Shown in pieces: positions 9,663-20,203 of a stretch of 64,000 nucleotides of DNA. Source of the stretch: an uncultured Clostridia bacterium (GTDB taxonomy: Bacteria; Bacillota; Clostridia; Christensenellales; CAG-917). The stretch is taken from positions 191,752-255,751 of the forward strand of contig CALVKR010000002.1 of the NCBI GenBank assembly GCA_944332995.1. The letters are read 5' to 3'. Both the position numbers and the translations under genes were made by a program. Position 1 is the stretch's first letter, and every line of letters starts with the position of its first letter. Under the pieces are notes generated by a model. The model was not told the DNA's origin. It saw only the letters and a program-made list of their open reading frames with translations, and ran no database searches.

Positions 9663-11422
9663 ACGAGCCGGGATAGCTGACCAAAGCAATCGGCAAATTC
9701 AAGCATGGCGTCGTCAAACGGTTTTGACACTGTCATGTCAACGTCGGCGAGCTTTAATATTTCCAGCGGCGACAGACTCGAGCCTGCCGAAAGGAATTTG
9801 AAATATCCTTGAGTGTTGCCGTCGAGAACTTTTTTTGCGATTGACACGGCGCTCGTGATTCCCGTTGCATATTTGTATACGTAAAAGGAATTGTAAAAAT
9901 GCGGTATGCGAGCCCATTCCACCTCTATAAGTTTATTGTGCTCCACAGCGCCGCCGTAGTATTTTTTGTTTAAATTATAATATATTTCGTTTAAAACGCT
10001 CGCCGTGACAGGTTCCCCTTGCGTGACGAGAGCGTGCGCCTTTACCTCGAATTCCGCAAACATCGTCTGTCTGAAAAGAGTTGTGCGGAACATATCGAGA
10101 TAATACGACAGCAAAAACTTTTTGAGTTCGCCGTCCGCTTTTTTGAGCAGATATTTTAAAAGCAACACCTCGTTTACAGTGCTCGCTATTTCCGCCACGA
10201 AAATCTCGTAATCCGCTTTCTGCGACGGCTGAGCCTCGTTTGAAAAATAGCTGTGGAGCGCATGACCGAGTTCGTGCGCTATCGTAAACACGTCGTGCGT
10301 CGTCTTCTGATAATTGAGCAAAACATAAGGGTGAACGCCGTAAGTGCCCCACGAATACGCTCCGCTTCTTTTGCCCTTCGTTTCGGGAACGTCTATCCAC
10401 CTAAAGTCGTGCGCTGTTTGAAGCAAATCGGTGTATTCCTTCCCCAAAGGCGAAAGCGCCTCTTTGACGAGTTTGAAAGCGTCCTCGTAGTCGAGCTTCA
10501 AGTCCTGATTTTCCACGATGGGTACGTGCAGGTCGTACATATTGAGAACGTCGAGCCCGAGCACACGTTTTCTCAGTCCCATATATTCATGCAAAGTCTT
10601 AAGTCCCTTTTCGACGGAGGAAATGAGTTTGTCGTAAACTTTTGTGTCGACGTTCTCAAGATACATCGCATAGTCTTCACATGAAGAAAAACCTCTCGTT
10701 TTGGCGTAAAACCAATCCTTTTTACAGTTGGTGGCGTAAACGCTCGCAAGCGTGTTTTCGTGATTTTTATAGACGGAAAACATACTCGTAAAAGCGTCCT
10801 TTCTTACGCCCTGATTTTCGTTCTGAAGCAAAAGCGAATACACTCCGTGCGACATTTTCATAGTCTTGCCGTCAGGCATTTTCACGTCGTCGAATTTAAT
10901 ATCGGCATTGTCAAACATGGAAAATATCTGTTTTGCCCCGTCCGAAAAAAGAGAGCTGTCCGCCAAAATCTTTTCCTCTTTGTCGGAAAGTATTATCTTC
11001 TTGCTGCGGAGCACCTCTTTGAAAAGCACGTCGTAATCTTTGAATTTAGGGTCGGATATCAGCGATTGCAAAACTTCGTCCGACAAACTTACGAGTTCGG
11101 GCATCATAAACGACAGCGACGAGGAAAATTCCACACCCACAGCCTCTATCTTGTCGCACATCGCCTGATAAAAGGAATTTGCGGTATCCTCGTCTTTGCG
11201 CATATGTGAATAGACGTAAAGCCTCGAATAATCAAAGCCCGCCTTTTCACGCTTTTCCAAAAACTCGAAAAGCAGATTTTTGTCCGACAGCTTCCCCTTA
11301 TATTCTTTCAGTTCGGGGACGCATTTTTTGAAATATGAAAAACAATCTTCCCAATCGTTGTCTATCGGGAAAATGTCTTCCAGCTTCCATTTTAATTTTT
11401 CGGGATAATCACATCTGTTCAT
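9659..11422 (-). CDS. pepF: Oligoendopeptidase F (M3B metallopeptidase)
   Basis: 587 aa with the HELGHALH zinc motif and the typical PepF length and N-terminus. Confidence 0.9.
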   Translation of the reverse strand: MNRCDYPEKLKWKLEDIFPIDNDWEDCFSYFKKCVPELKEYKGKLSDKNLLFEFLEKREKAGFDYSRLYVYSHMRKDEDTANSFYQAMCDKIEAVGVEFSSSLSFMMPELVSLSDEVLQSLISDPKFKDYDVLFKEVLRSKKIILSDKEEKILADSSLFSDGAKQIFSMFDNADIKFDDVKMPDGKTMKMSHGVYSLLLQNENQGVRKDAFTSMFSVYKNHENTLASVYATNCKKDWFYAKTRGFSSCEDYAMYLENVDTKVYDKLISSVEKGLKTLHEYMGLRKRVLGLDVLNMYDLHVPIVENQDLKLDYEDAFKLVKEALSPLGKEYTDLLQTAHDFRWIDVPETKGKRSGAYSWGTYGVHPYVLLNYQKTTHDVFTIAHELGHALHSYFSNEAQPSQKADYEIFVAEIASTVNEVLLLKYLLKKADGELKKFLLSYYLDMFRTTLFRQTMFAEFEVKAHALVTQGEPVTASVLNEIYYNLNKKYYGGAVEHNKLIEVEWARIPHFYNSFYVYKYATGITSAVSIAKKVLDGNTQGYFKFLSAGSSLSPLEILKLADVDMTVSKPFDDAMLEFADCFGQLSRLV

Positions 11423-11726
11423 TTACGCCTCAAAGTTTATAGGCGGAACAACTTCCGCCGAAATAGTTTGTTTAATCAATCCTGTTTTACTTCTTTATAT
11501 TATGCAATTTTGCGTTGTCGGTTTTTAATATAGATATTATATCGACAGTTTATTAAACTTAAATTTAACAGGTATATCCGATAAACCGCATTTATGCGTT
11601 TTCGGTTGCTTTTGCGCACCTTTTACGGCGGCTTGATTTTAATGCGTTTTGTATGCCCCTTTTCCGTTCAATCTTAATTTGGATATCCTTTCGTGTTTTG
11701 CCGACTTAAAAAAACGTCAGGCTAAA

Positions 11727-13208
11727 CTAATCGCAATACAAATCGTTTGACGAGAATTTAGGGTCTGAAGTAAGATTGATACCCAGTTTTCTCAGGGCTT
11801 CCTCATCTGCCTCTTTTAAAATGCAGGTAGAATGAGCCTGAAGATTGTTTAAGCTGTTAAGTTGCTTTAAAGCAAGTTTTGCCGTCGGGTCTGCATTTGC
11901 GCAGATTGTCAATGCAAGCAAAGCCTCTTCGAGGTTGAGCGCCTTGTCCTTATCCTTTAAGATATTCTTTTTCAGCCTGTTGATAGGAGCGATAATATCG
12001 GGGGATATCAGTTTGACGCTCTTTGGTATATCCGCCAAAACTTTGACGGCGTTAAAAACGCAGGCAGCAGACGCAGACATATTGTCGCTTCCCTTTCCTC
12101 TTATGATTCTGCCGTCGTCGAGCTCGATAGCCATTGACGGTTTACCCGTCTTGCTTTCTTTCTCTCTAGCCGCAGTAACGACTACCCTGTCCTCTACCTT
12201 TAACGAGAGTTTTGACATTAAAAACTCAAGCCTTAGTATCGTCTTTTCGTTTGCAAGCCCGTTTTTAAAGTCGACGAGTCCTTTTAGATACCTTCTTATT
12301 ATTTCCTGTTTTGCCGCCTCGCATACCGCCTCGTCGTCGTAAATGCAATAGCCTGCCATATTGACTCCCATATCGGTGGGCGATTTATAAATGACGTTGC
12401 TTTTTGAAATTTTCGTCAAAATGGCTTTTAACACGGGAAACGCTTCGAGGTCACGGTTGTAGTTTACCGCTATCGTGCCGTATGCGTCGTAGTGGAAGGT
12501 GTCAATTTGATTTACGTCCAAAAGGTCGGCTGTCGCCGCTTCATACGCAAGGTTGACCGGGTGAAGCAATGGAAGGTTCCATATAGGGAAAGTTTCAAAT
12601 TTTGCGTATGACGCATTCACTCCTCTCTTGTTTTCGTGATACACCTGACTTAAGCAAGTGGCAAGTTTTCCGCTGCCCGGACCGGGAGCCGAAACCACTA
12701 CAAGCGGCTTTGTCGTCGGGATATACGGGTTTGCGCCGTATCCCGAGTCGGAAACGATAGTATCCACGTCGTGCGGATAGCCTTTCGTCTTGCGGTGCAA
12801 AAATACTTTAATTCCCCTGTTTTCAAGTTTTGCCTTATATGCGACAGCGGATTGCTGGTCCTCAAACATGGTTATGACCACGCTGTTTATGCTTATGCCC
12901 TGGCTGGAAATATTGTCTATCATTCTGGTGACTTCCGTGCCGTAGGTTATGCCGTAATCCGCTCTGATTTTGTTTCTCTCGATATCGCCTGCGGAAATAC
13001 AGATAATGAGTTCCGCCTCGTCTTTTAAACTTGTCAAAAGTTTGATTTTAGCAGCTTTATCGAAACCGGGCAAAACTCTCGCCGCATGCAAGTCGTCAAA
13101 GAGTTTGCCACCGAATTCAAGATAGAGTTTGCCGAACTGAGAAATACGTTTTAATATTTGCTCTTTTTGTTTCTGCATATAAAGTTCGCTGTCAAATCCC
13201 TGTTTCAT
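11727..13208 (-). CDS. DUF1846 / UPF0371 family protein
   Basis: 493 aa. Strong resemblance to UPF0371 proteins (LYLEFGGKLFDDLHAARVLPGF, SAPGPGSGKLATCLSQ, YAKFETFPIWNLPLLHPVNLAYEAATADL). Confidence 0.85.
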   Translation of the reverse strand: MKQGFDSELYMQKQKEQILKRISQFGKLYLEFGGKLFDDLHAARVLPGFDKAAKIKLLTSLKDEAELIICISAGDIERNKIRADYGITYGTEVTRMIDNISSQGISINSVVITMFEDQQSAVAYKAKLENRGIKVFLHRKTKGYPHDVDTIVSDSGYGANPYIPTTKPLVVVSAPGPGSGKLATCLSQVYHENKRGVNASYAKFETFPIWNLPLLHPVNLAYEAATADLLDVNQIDTFHYDAYGTIAVNYNRDLEAFPVLKAILTKISKSNVIYKSPTDMGVNMAGYCIYDDEAVCEAAKQEIIRRYLKGLVDFKNGLANEKTILRLEFLMSKLSLKVEDRVVVTAAREKESKTGKPSMAIELDDGRIIRGKGSDNMSASAACVFNAVKVLADIPKSVKLISPDIIAPINRLKKNILKDKDKALNLEEALLALTICANADPTAKLALKQLNSLNNLQAHSTCILKEADEEALRKLGINLTSDPKFSSNDLYCD

Positions 13209-13313
13209 ATTATCTCCTGTTCAAAAATATACTCTATAATTTATTTTGCCGTCTTTAATAAGTCTGCGCGCGGATAGACGGAGCGCATATAAGACAACGG
13301 CGTTTTATCAAAT

Positions 13314-15752
13314 CTATTTATACTGCGACTTGTGCGCCACGATAAATTTGACTTTACCTTTTACGATAGATTTACCTTTTGTCGATTTTGTATCTATCTT
13401 AACCTTTTCGGTGTTGACGACGTGCACGACGTTATCCTCGGTCACCACGCCGAAATCATACGGCATCTTAACGAGCGTTATTCCTGCGATTCTTGCCGTG
13501 CCGAGGTCGGCAATAAGCGAGCCTTTAAGATATCTGTTGCCAGGCTCAATGGTAGAGGAAATAATTCTCTTTGCATTGCCTGCCGTGGTGCAAACGACAA
13601 TTTCTCCTTCGTCGTCGCACTGACCCATAAACGCCACTTCGTCGCCGTCGCCTAGTTTTACGCCTCTTACGCCGCCCGCTTTTCTGCCCTGAACGGGAAC
13701 GTCGTCAAGCCTGAATGCAAGCGACAGACCTTTTTTGGTTACCGCAAGCACGTGCTTGTCGCTTTCGACCATTTCTACGTTTATCACCTCGTCGCCGTCG
13801 GAAAGCACGACCGCCTGATTGTAGTCTTTGGCAAGTTTAAGATATTCGCTAAGATCCGAACGCTTTATCATACCCTTTTTGGTGTAGAACAAAAGCTCGC
13901 CCACAAAGAGTTTGTCGATAAACATGACTTTGACCACTTTTTCTCCGTCTGCGGTATATTCCGAAACACGCTTTAGAGGCAGAGCGCTGTCCTTCCACTT
14001 CTTTTCGGGCATCTCGTCGATATTGATTTTACAATAGTTTCCGAGATTGGTAAAGGCAATAACCTCGCCCGTATTATTGACCACGCAGACGTCTTTGACG
14101 AGTTCTTTGTCCGAACAGGTATTGATATCTCTCGCTCCGTTTCCGTAACTGCGGAAAGACAAAAATTTTATCTCGCCGTAAGGATTGACGGCAACGACGC
14201 CCTCTTTGTATCCGGGACCTGCATTGAGGTCGGCAATGGGAATATTGACCTTTTGTCCCTTGCCCATAAGGACGCTCGTTCTCGGACATTTCTGTTTTTT
14301 TGCAATTTCTCTGAGCTCTTGCTTTACCACCTCGAACTGGCGCTGTTTACTGTTGAGTATTTCGGTGAGATATTCGATTCTTTCCTCGAGCTCTTTCAAT
14401 TCCTGCTCGAGTTTATCCACTTCGAGATGAGTGAGGTTTTTGAGCTTCATTTCTACGATTGCCGTAGCCTGCTCGTCGGAAAGGCTGAACCTCTCTTTAA
14501 GTGCGATTTTTGCCGCCGTGGTAGAAGCGGATTGTTTTATTATCTTTATGACTTCGTCGATATTGGCAATGGCGATAAGCAAGCCTTTGACGATTTCCGC
14601 TCTCGCCTTTGCGATTTTAAGCTCGTATACGGTGCGGCGTTTTATTATATCTCTTTGATAGAAGACGTAATATTTTAAATAATCCACAAGCCCGAGCGTT
14701 TCCGGCTTGCCGTTTGCTATTGCCACCATGTTTATCGAAAAGGTCGTTTCGAGGTTGGATTTTTTAAACAAAAAGTTGACCACATCGTCCACGTTGGTAT
14801 CTCTTTTGCATTTGATGACCGCTCTTATGCCGTCCTTGTCCGATTCGTCTACGATATCGCTGATACCCGACAAAACGTCTTTGTTTGCTTCTCTTAAATC
14901 GGCGATTTTCGTGAGCAATTCCGACTTGGAAATTTTATAAGGGATTTCGGTTATGACGATGTTTTTCTTTTCGTTGGATTCTTCCTCGATATGCACTTTT
15001 GCCCTGATTTTAATCTTGCCCCTGCCCGTTGAATAAATTTCCTCGAGCGAATCCACAGGGATTATATAACCGCCCGTCGGGAAGTCGGGACCTTTTACAA
15101 TCTGAAGCAAATCCTTGAGTTTTACGGACGGGTGGTCGATAACTTTTATAGCCGCCTCGATTATCTCGGAAAGATTGTGCGGAGGGATATTTGTCGCCAG
15201 ACCGACGGCAATACCGTTAGCTCCGTTGACAAAAAGATTGGGAAATCTGCCCGGCAGGATATTCGGCTCTTTTAACGTGTCGTCAAAGTTGTTAGACCAC
15301 GTTACCGTGTTTTTGTCGATATCCCTTAAAAGTTCCATGGCAAGCGGACTCATTCTCGCTTCGGTATAACGCATTGCCGCCGCTCCGTCGCCGTCGATAG
15401 AACCGAAGTTTCCGTGACCGTCGATGAGCTTCATTCTCATAGAGAAGTCCTGCGCCATATTGACGATTGCGCCGTATATAGAGCTGTCGCCGTGGGGGTG
15501 ATATTTACCCATACAGTCACCGACGATTCTCGCCGATTTCTTGAACGGTTTCTCGGGACCGAGCCCCATTTCATACATAGAATATAAAATTCTTCTCTGA
15601 ACAGGCTTTAATCCGTCCTCTACTCTCGGAAGCGCTCTGTCGAGTATGACGTATTCCGAATACGGCAGCATGGAATCGTGCATGACGTCTTCAAAAACTA
15701 CGTCGTATATTTTTGATGAATCTACAAAATTTTCCTCTTTAGCTTTTGCCAT
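13314..15752 (-). CDS. parC: Type IIA DNA topoisomerase subunit A (ParC-like / GyrA family)
   Basis: 812 aa. [17 protein letters not shown] motif, catalytic region AAMRYTE, and a beta-pinwheel C-terminal domain. I see no QRRGGKG GyrA-box. Follows the B subunit directly. Confidence 0.7.
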   Translation of the reverse strand: MAKAKEENFVDSSKIYDVVFEDVMHDSMLPYSEYVILDRALPRVEDGLKPVQRRILYSMYEMGLGPEKPFKKSARIVGDCMGKYHPHGDSSIYGAIVNMAQDFSMRMKLIDGHGNFGSIDGDGAAAMRYTEARMSPLAMELLRDIDKNTVTWSNNFDDTLKEPNILPGRFPNLFVNGANGIAVGLATNIPPHNLSEIIEAAIKVIDHPSVKLKDLLQIVKGPDFPTGGYIIPVDSLEEIYSTGRGKIKIRAKVHIEEESNEKKNIVITEIPYKISKSELLTKIADLREANKDVLSGISDIVDESDKDGIRAVIKCKRDTNVDDVVNFLFKKSNLETTFSINMVAIANGKPETLGLVDYLKYYVFYQRDIIKRRTVYELKIAKARAEIVKGLLIAIANIDEVIKIIKQSASTTAAKIALKERFSLSDEQATAIVEMKLKNLTHLEVDKLEQELKELEERIEYLTEILNSKQRQFEVVKQELREIAKKQKCPRTSVLMGKGQKVNIPIADLNAGPGYKEGVVAVNPYGEIKFLSFRSYGNGARDINTCSDKELVKDVCVVNNTGEVIAFTNLGNYCKINIDEMPEKKWKDSALPLKRVSEYTADGEKVVKVMFIDKLFVGELLFYTKKGMIKRSDLSEYLKLAKDYNQAVVLSDGDEVINVEMVESDKHVLAVTKKGLSLAFRLDDVPVQGRKAGGVRGVKLGDGDEVAFMGQCDDEGEIVVCTTAGNAKRIISSTIEPGNRYLKGSLIADLGTARIAGITLVKMPYDFGVVTEDNVVHVVNTEKVKIDTKSTKGKSIVKGKVKFIVAHKSQYK

Positions 15753-15754
15753 GC

Positions 15755-17701
15755 TTACCTCTGCGTATCAAAATCGTCAACCTTGTTAAAGTCGGCGTAT
15801 TCGTAAATATATTTTCTTCTTTGAACGGGGTCGTCGCCCATTAAAATGGATATCCTCTTATCGGCAATGATTGCGTCCTCTAACGTAACACGTGTCATCG
15901 TCCTCGTTTTGGGGTCCATCGTCGTTTCCCACAGCTGTTCGGGGTTCATTTCGCCCAAACCTTTAAACCTCTGCAAAATAGCGCTCTTGCCCATGACCTT
16001 CCTGCCCTCCTCGAGAGCCTTTTCGTCATAGCAATATTTAAACTCGCCGTTCTTTTGCAATCTGTAAAGCGGAGGCATACCGACGTATACGTGTCCGTCG
16101 ATAATGAGCGGACGCATATATCTGAAAAAGAAAGTAAGAAGCAAAGCCCTTATGTGTGCGCCGTCCTGGTCGGCATCGGCAAGTATAATGACTTTGTTGT
16201 ATTTTAAGTGCTCGAGGTCAAATTCGTTTTCTATGCCCGTACCCAAAGCGCTTATGATAGTGGCAATTTCCTCGTTGCCCAAAATACGCTCGAGGCTTGC
16301 CTTTTCGACGTTGAGCGGTTTTCCTCTCAGCGGCAGGATTGCCTGAAAACTTCTGTCTCGTGCCTGCTTGGCGCTGCCTCCTGCGGAGTCACCCTCGACT
16401 ATAAACAGTTCGTTTCGGTCGTAGCGTTTGCCCGTACAGCTTGCCAGCTTTCCTATGAGGTTTGCGCCGTTAAGGCTGTTTTTCTGCCTTGCAAGGTCCT
16501 TTGCCCTTCTTGCCGCCTCTCTCGTTTTAGCCGCACCCAACGCCTTTTCGACAATGGCGTCGGCGGAAATTTTATTTTTCGGGTCTTTCGTCCATTTTTC
16601 AAACTCGTCGGATAAAAGCTGTTCCACCTTTTGACGGACGTCGGGGTTTCCGAGTTTTGTTTTCGTCTGTCCCTCAAATTGCACGTTTTGCATTCTGACG
16701 GAGATGACGGCAACCATACCCTCTCTGAAGTCCTCGCCCAAAAGGTTGGGCTGTTTATCCTTTAAAAATCCCGCCTTACGGGCATAGTCGTTAAAAACTT
16801 TGGTGAAAGCGACTTTAAAGCCCATTTCGTGCGTTCCTCCCTCGCTAGTGGGGATATTGTTGACGTATGAATAAATACTTTCGTTGTAATTGTCTCCGTG
16901 CTGAACGGCGCAAATGACCTCGAAACGGTCTAATTTCGCCTCGCAGTAAATGGGCGGAGCGTAAACCGTTGACCTGCCCTCGTTGAGGTAGGATACGTAG
17001 TCGGCAAGACCGCCCTCAAAGTGATAGACTTCTTCCCTGACCTCGTCCGTTCTTCTGTCTATCAAAACGAGTTTTATACCTTTGTTTAAATATGCCGTTT
17101 CCCTGAGCCTTGTGGATATAGTATTCCAACTGAATTTCTCGTCGCCGAAAACTCTCGGGTCCGGTTTAAACGTTACCGTCGTTCCCGTGTCGCTTGCCTC
17201 GCCTATGACGGTAAGCGGAGTTTTCGTCACGCCGCTCTTTACCTGTCCGTCTATCTCGGGCGACCAGAACTCTATTCTGTAAAGACTTCCGCCTCTTTTG
17301 ACCTCAACGTTTAGCCATTCGCTGAGAGCGTTGGTAACGGAAGCTCCGACGCCGTGCAAACCGCCGCTGAAGCCGTAGGAATCGTTATCGAATTTTGCGC
17401 CTGCGTGAAGCTGAGTAAAAACGACCTCGACGCCGCTTATTTTAAGTTTGGGGTGCTTATCTATGGGAACGCCTCGACCGTTGTCCGAAACTCTTGCCAC
17501 GGTGTCGGGCAAAAGTTCTATCGTTACGGTATCGCCAAAGCCGTTTGCCACCTCGTCGATGCCGTTGTCGATGATTTCCCAAAGAATGTGGTGAAGTCCT
17601 TTATTTCCCGTCGTGCCGATATACATACCGGGACGTTTGCGGACTGCTTCTAACCCCTCTAAAACGTGAATATCTTCTGCTGAATAATTTGCCCCTGCCA
17701 T
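15755..17701 (-). CDS. parE: Type IIA DNA topoisomerase subunit B (ParE-like / GyrB family)
   Basis: [20 protein letters not shown] ATPase domain, and Toprim EGDSAGG. The ATG at 17701 has a GAGGA RBS; the ORF track extends upstream to 17743. Confidence 0.75.
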   Translation of the reverse strand: MAGANYSAEDIHVLEGLEAVRKRPGMYIGTTGNKGLHHILWEIIDNGIDEVANGFGDTVTIELLPDTVARVSDNGRGVPIDKHPKLKISGVEVVFTQLHAGAKFDNDSYGFSGGLHGVGASVTNALSEWLNVEVKRGGSLYRIEFWSPEIDGQVKSGVTKTPLTVIGEASDTGTTVTFKPDPRVFGDEKFSWNTISTRLRETAYLNKGIKLVLIDRRTDEVREEVYHFEGGLADYVSYLNEGRSTVYAPPIYCEAKLDRFEVICAVQHGDNYNESIYSYVNNIPTSEGGTHEMGFKVAFTKVFNDYARKAGFLKDKQPNLLGEDFREGMVAVISVRMQNVQFEGQTKTKLGNPDVRQKVEQLLSDEFEKWTKDPKNKISADAIVEKALGAAKTREAARRAKDLARQKNSLNGANLIGKLASCTGKRYDRNELFIVEGDSAGGSAKQARDRSFQAILPLRGKPLNVEKASLERILGNEEIATIISALGTGIENEFDLEHLKYNKVIILADADQDGAHIRALLLTFFFRYMRPLIIDGHVYVGMPPLYRLQKNGEFKYCYDEKALEEGRKVMGKSAILQRFKGLGEMNPEQLWETTMDPKTRTMTRVTLEDAIIADKRISILMGDDPVQRRKYIYEYADFNKVDDFDTQR

Positions 17702-17790
17702 ATCATCCTCTTTAAAAATCAAATATATTTTATTATAACACAAATCTTGCCAAAACGAAAGGCTAAATTTAATATATTTAAGGTTTTTTC

Positions 17791-17823
17791 AAACAAATAC
17801 GGACGGCAAAAATATGCCGTCCG
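17791..17823 (-). terminator. Rho-independent terminator after the hydrolase gene
   Basis: 9-bp stem CGGACGGCA/TGCCGTCCG with a 6-nt loop, followed by a T-rich tract on the minus strand. Confidence 0.55.
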
Positions 17824-17927
17824 CAATTTTAAAAATTTGAGATTATTATAAATTTTATATAATCGAACAAAATTAAGATTATTATAAATTTTTATAAACT
17901 CATTAAAATTTATCGCAAACGTTTAAC

Positions 17928-18845
17928 CTATTTTGCGGCGGCGACGAATTCCTCGATTTTAGCAAGAAAATCCGCCCATACTTCCGCTTTATTGGTTTCG
18001 TTCAAAATCTCGTGTCTGGCGTCGGGATAGAGCTTGATGGATACGTTTTCGATACCGAGTTTCTTATACTTCTGATAGAGTTTCATAACAAGTTTGCCCT
18101 GAGCGCCGACAGGGTCTTTATCACCGGCGAAAAGAGCAACCGGCTTTGAAAGGTCTATACCCTTGAGATTTTTCTTTTTATATACCTTTTTAACTCCGTT
18201 TAAGAAATATTTGAAAAAGGCGTTTGACATGACGACGCCGCACTGCTCGTCGGCTATATATTTGTCGACCTGTTCTTTATCTCTCGAGAGCCAGCCGAAC
18301 GATGGCATTTCCTTTGCAAAGGGTTTGTTGTAGCTGCCGAAGCTGAGCTTGTCAAGTAGCTTTGCCGCCCTCTTTTTGCCTCTTAAAGCGGTAACGACGT
18401 TAGATACGAATGCACCTACGCTGTAGAGAGCACCCTTCATATATGCCGAACCGCAAAGGATAACGCCACACGCCTCGTTTGCTATTTCCATGTATCTTTG
18501 GCTCATAAAACTTCCGTAGCTGTGTCCCAAAACGACGACGGGAAGTTTGTAAGTTTCTTTTAAATATTTCGTTATCGCCAACTCGTCTTTGACGGAATCG
18601 AGATAAATATCTCCGTCGTGATAACCTATCGTATCTTTCGTTTCCGTATCGCCGTGAGCACGGTGGTCATCGGCAAATACTATGAATCCGTTTTTATTTA
18701 AATATTTGGCAAAATCGTCATAACGTCTTGCGTGCTCCGCCATGCCGTGGACAATTTGAACAACGCCCTTTGGTGAGCTTACCTCGTCCCACAGATAGCA
18801 TTGAAGCTGAGTTTTGTCAAAACTCTCAAACTTAACATATTTCAT
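17928..18845 (-). CDS. Alpha/beta hydrolase (lysophospholipase / monoacylglycerol lipase-like)
   Basis: 305 aa. HGMAEH oxyanion region, nucleophile elbow GHSYGS, and a C-terminal His (ARHE). Confidence 0.75.
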   Translation of the reverse strand: MKYVKFESFDKTQLQCYLWDEVSSPKGVVQIVHGMAEHARRYDDFAKYLNKNGFIVFADDHRAHGDTETKDTIGYHDGDIYLDSVKDELAITKYLKETYKLPVVVLGHSYGSFMSQRYMEIANEACGVILCGSAYMKGALYSVGAFVSNVVTALRGKKRAAKLLDKLSFGSYNKPFAKEMPSFGWLSRDKEQVDKYIADEQCGVVMSNAFFKYFLNGVKKVYKKKNLKGIDLSKPVALFAGDKDPVGAQGKLVMKLYQKYKKLGIENVSIKLYPDARHEILNETNKAEVWADFLAKIEEFVAAAK

Positions 18846-18939
18846 AAATTACTGCCCCCAAAAAATTTATACAAATATTATACAATAGAGATATCTATTT
18901 TGCAAACATTTTTTTTATTTAAACATACTATATAGTGCT

Positions 18940-19941
18940 ATGAAAATCGTATTGACGGGAGGAGGAACGGGAGGACACGTCTATCCCAACCTCGCAATGC
19001 TCCCCTATCTTAAAAATTTCGAGGTTTATTATTTCGGCTCAAACGGCATTGAAAAAGAGTTGGCAAAAAAATACGGCGTTCCCTTTTACGAAACGGAAAC
19101 GGTAAAGTTCGAGCGTAAAAATTTGCTGAAAAATTTTGCTCTGCCCTTTAAGCTGTCCAGATGCAAAGCGCAGGCGGCAAAACTGCTTGAGGAAATAAAA
19201 CCCGACGTCGTGCTGTCAAAAGGCGGTTATGCCTCGCTACCCTCTACCCTTGCCGCACTCGGTCAAGATATCCCCGTCATATGCCACGAATCGGACGTAA
19301 GCCTCGGGCTTGCCAACAGAGTGGCAAAACTCAGCGGAGCTACTCTCGCCACCGCATACGAGGAAACGGCAAAGAAACACGGCGGAGTTTTCACGGGAAT
19401 TCCTTTAAGAAGAGAATTGTTTAAAATCTCTCAATCAGAGGCGAAAAAGAATTTGAAAATATACAAAAAAATCATTCTCGTTTTGGGGGGAAGCAGCGGA
19501 GCGAAAGCAATCAACGAAGCTATCCCGGCTGTTGCCTCAAAGCTATGTCCTGACTATTTTATAATTCACGTTTGCGGAAAAAACAAAAAGCTCGATTTTT
19601 GCAAAGATAACTATCTTCAGCTTGAATATACTGACGACATGGCAACCTATCTCAATGCCGCCGACGTCGTGGTATCCCGTTGCGGAGCCACCGCCCTGCA
19701 CGAGATAGCAGCACTCAACAAGCGAGCGGTATTCATACCCCTGCCAAAAGGAACGTCGAGGGGCGACCAGATAGAAAACGCGCGCATTGCATTAAAACAC
19801 GGCGGAATAATTTTGGAGCAGGAAAAACTCTCTCCCGAAAACTTGATTTCCGCTATCTCGCTAGCCAAAACGCCCATGACTCCGATTTGCGAAAACCCCA
19901 ACGAAAAACTTTTAAATCTGATTATGGAAAAAGCAAAGTGA
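18940..19941 (+). CDS. murG: UDP-N-acetylglucosamine--N-acetylmuramyl-(pentapeptide) pyrophosphoryl-undecaprenol GlcNAc transferase
   Basis: 333 aa. N-terminal GGGTGGHVYP motif and a GT28 C-terminal domain (SRCGATALHEIAAL). Confidence 0.9.
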   Translation: MKIVLTGGGTGGHVYPNLAMLPYLKNFEVYYFGSNGIEKELAKKYGVPFYETETVKFERKNLLKNFALPFKLSRCKAQAAKLLEEIKPDVVLSKGGYASLPSTLAALGQDIPVICHESDVSLGLANRVAKLSGATLATAYEETAKKHGGVFTGIPLRRELFKISQSEAKKNLKIYKKIILVLGGSSGAKAINEAIPAVASKLCPDYFIIHVCGKNKKLDFCKDNYLQLEYTDDMATYLNAADVVVSRCGATALHEIAALNKRAVFIPLPKGTSRGDQIENARIALKHGGIILEQEKLSPENLISAISLAKTPMTPICENPNEKLLNLIMEKAK

Positions 19942-19950
19942 GTTTTAGAT

Positions 19951-20110
19951 AAAGCAATGCGATACGGATATAAAACAGATGCGCTTTGATTATGAAGAAA
20001 AGCGATAAATTTTAAACGCTAAGCGACGCCTTTTAAAAAGCAACGTGATACGGCTATAAAACACATTCGCTTGTCTTATAAAGGTGATAACTTTTAAACG
20101 CTAAGAGATA
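19951..20110. repeat. Imperfect direct duplication, about 80-86 bp x 2, in the murG downstream spacer
   Basis: AAAGCAATGCGATACGGATATAAAACA...TTTTAAACGCTAAGCGA is followed 86 bp later by AAAGCAACGTGATACGGCTATAAAACA...TTTTAAACGCTAAGAGA. Confidence 0.7.
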
Positions 20111-20203
20111 TTATTAAGCAAAATTATTCCGTCCGTGGCTTATAATGTAAAAGCTATTGCAAAAGCCGAAAATTTGTGATACAACCCCTCTAACGGGGGG
20201 TCT

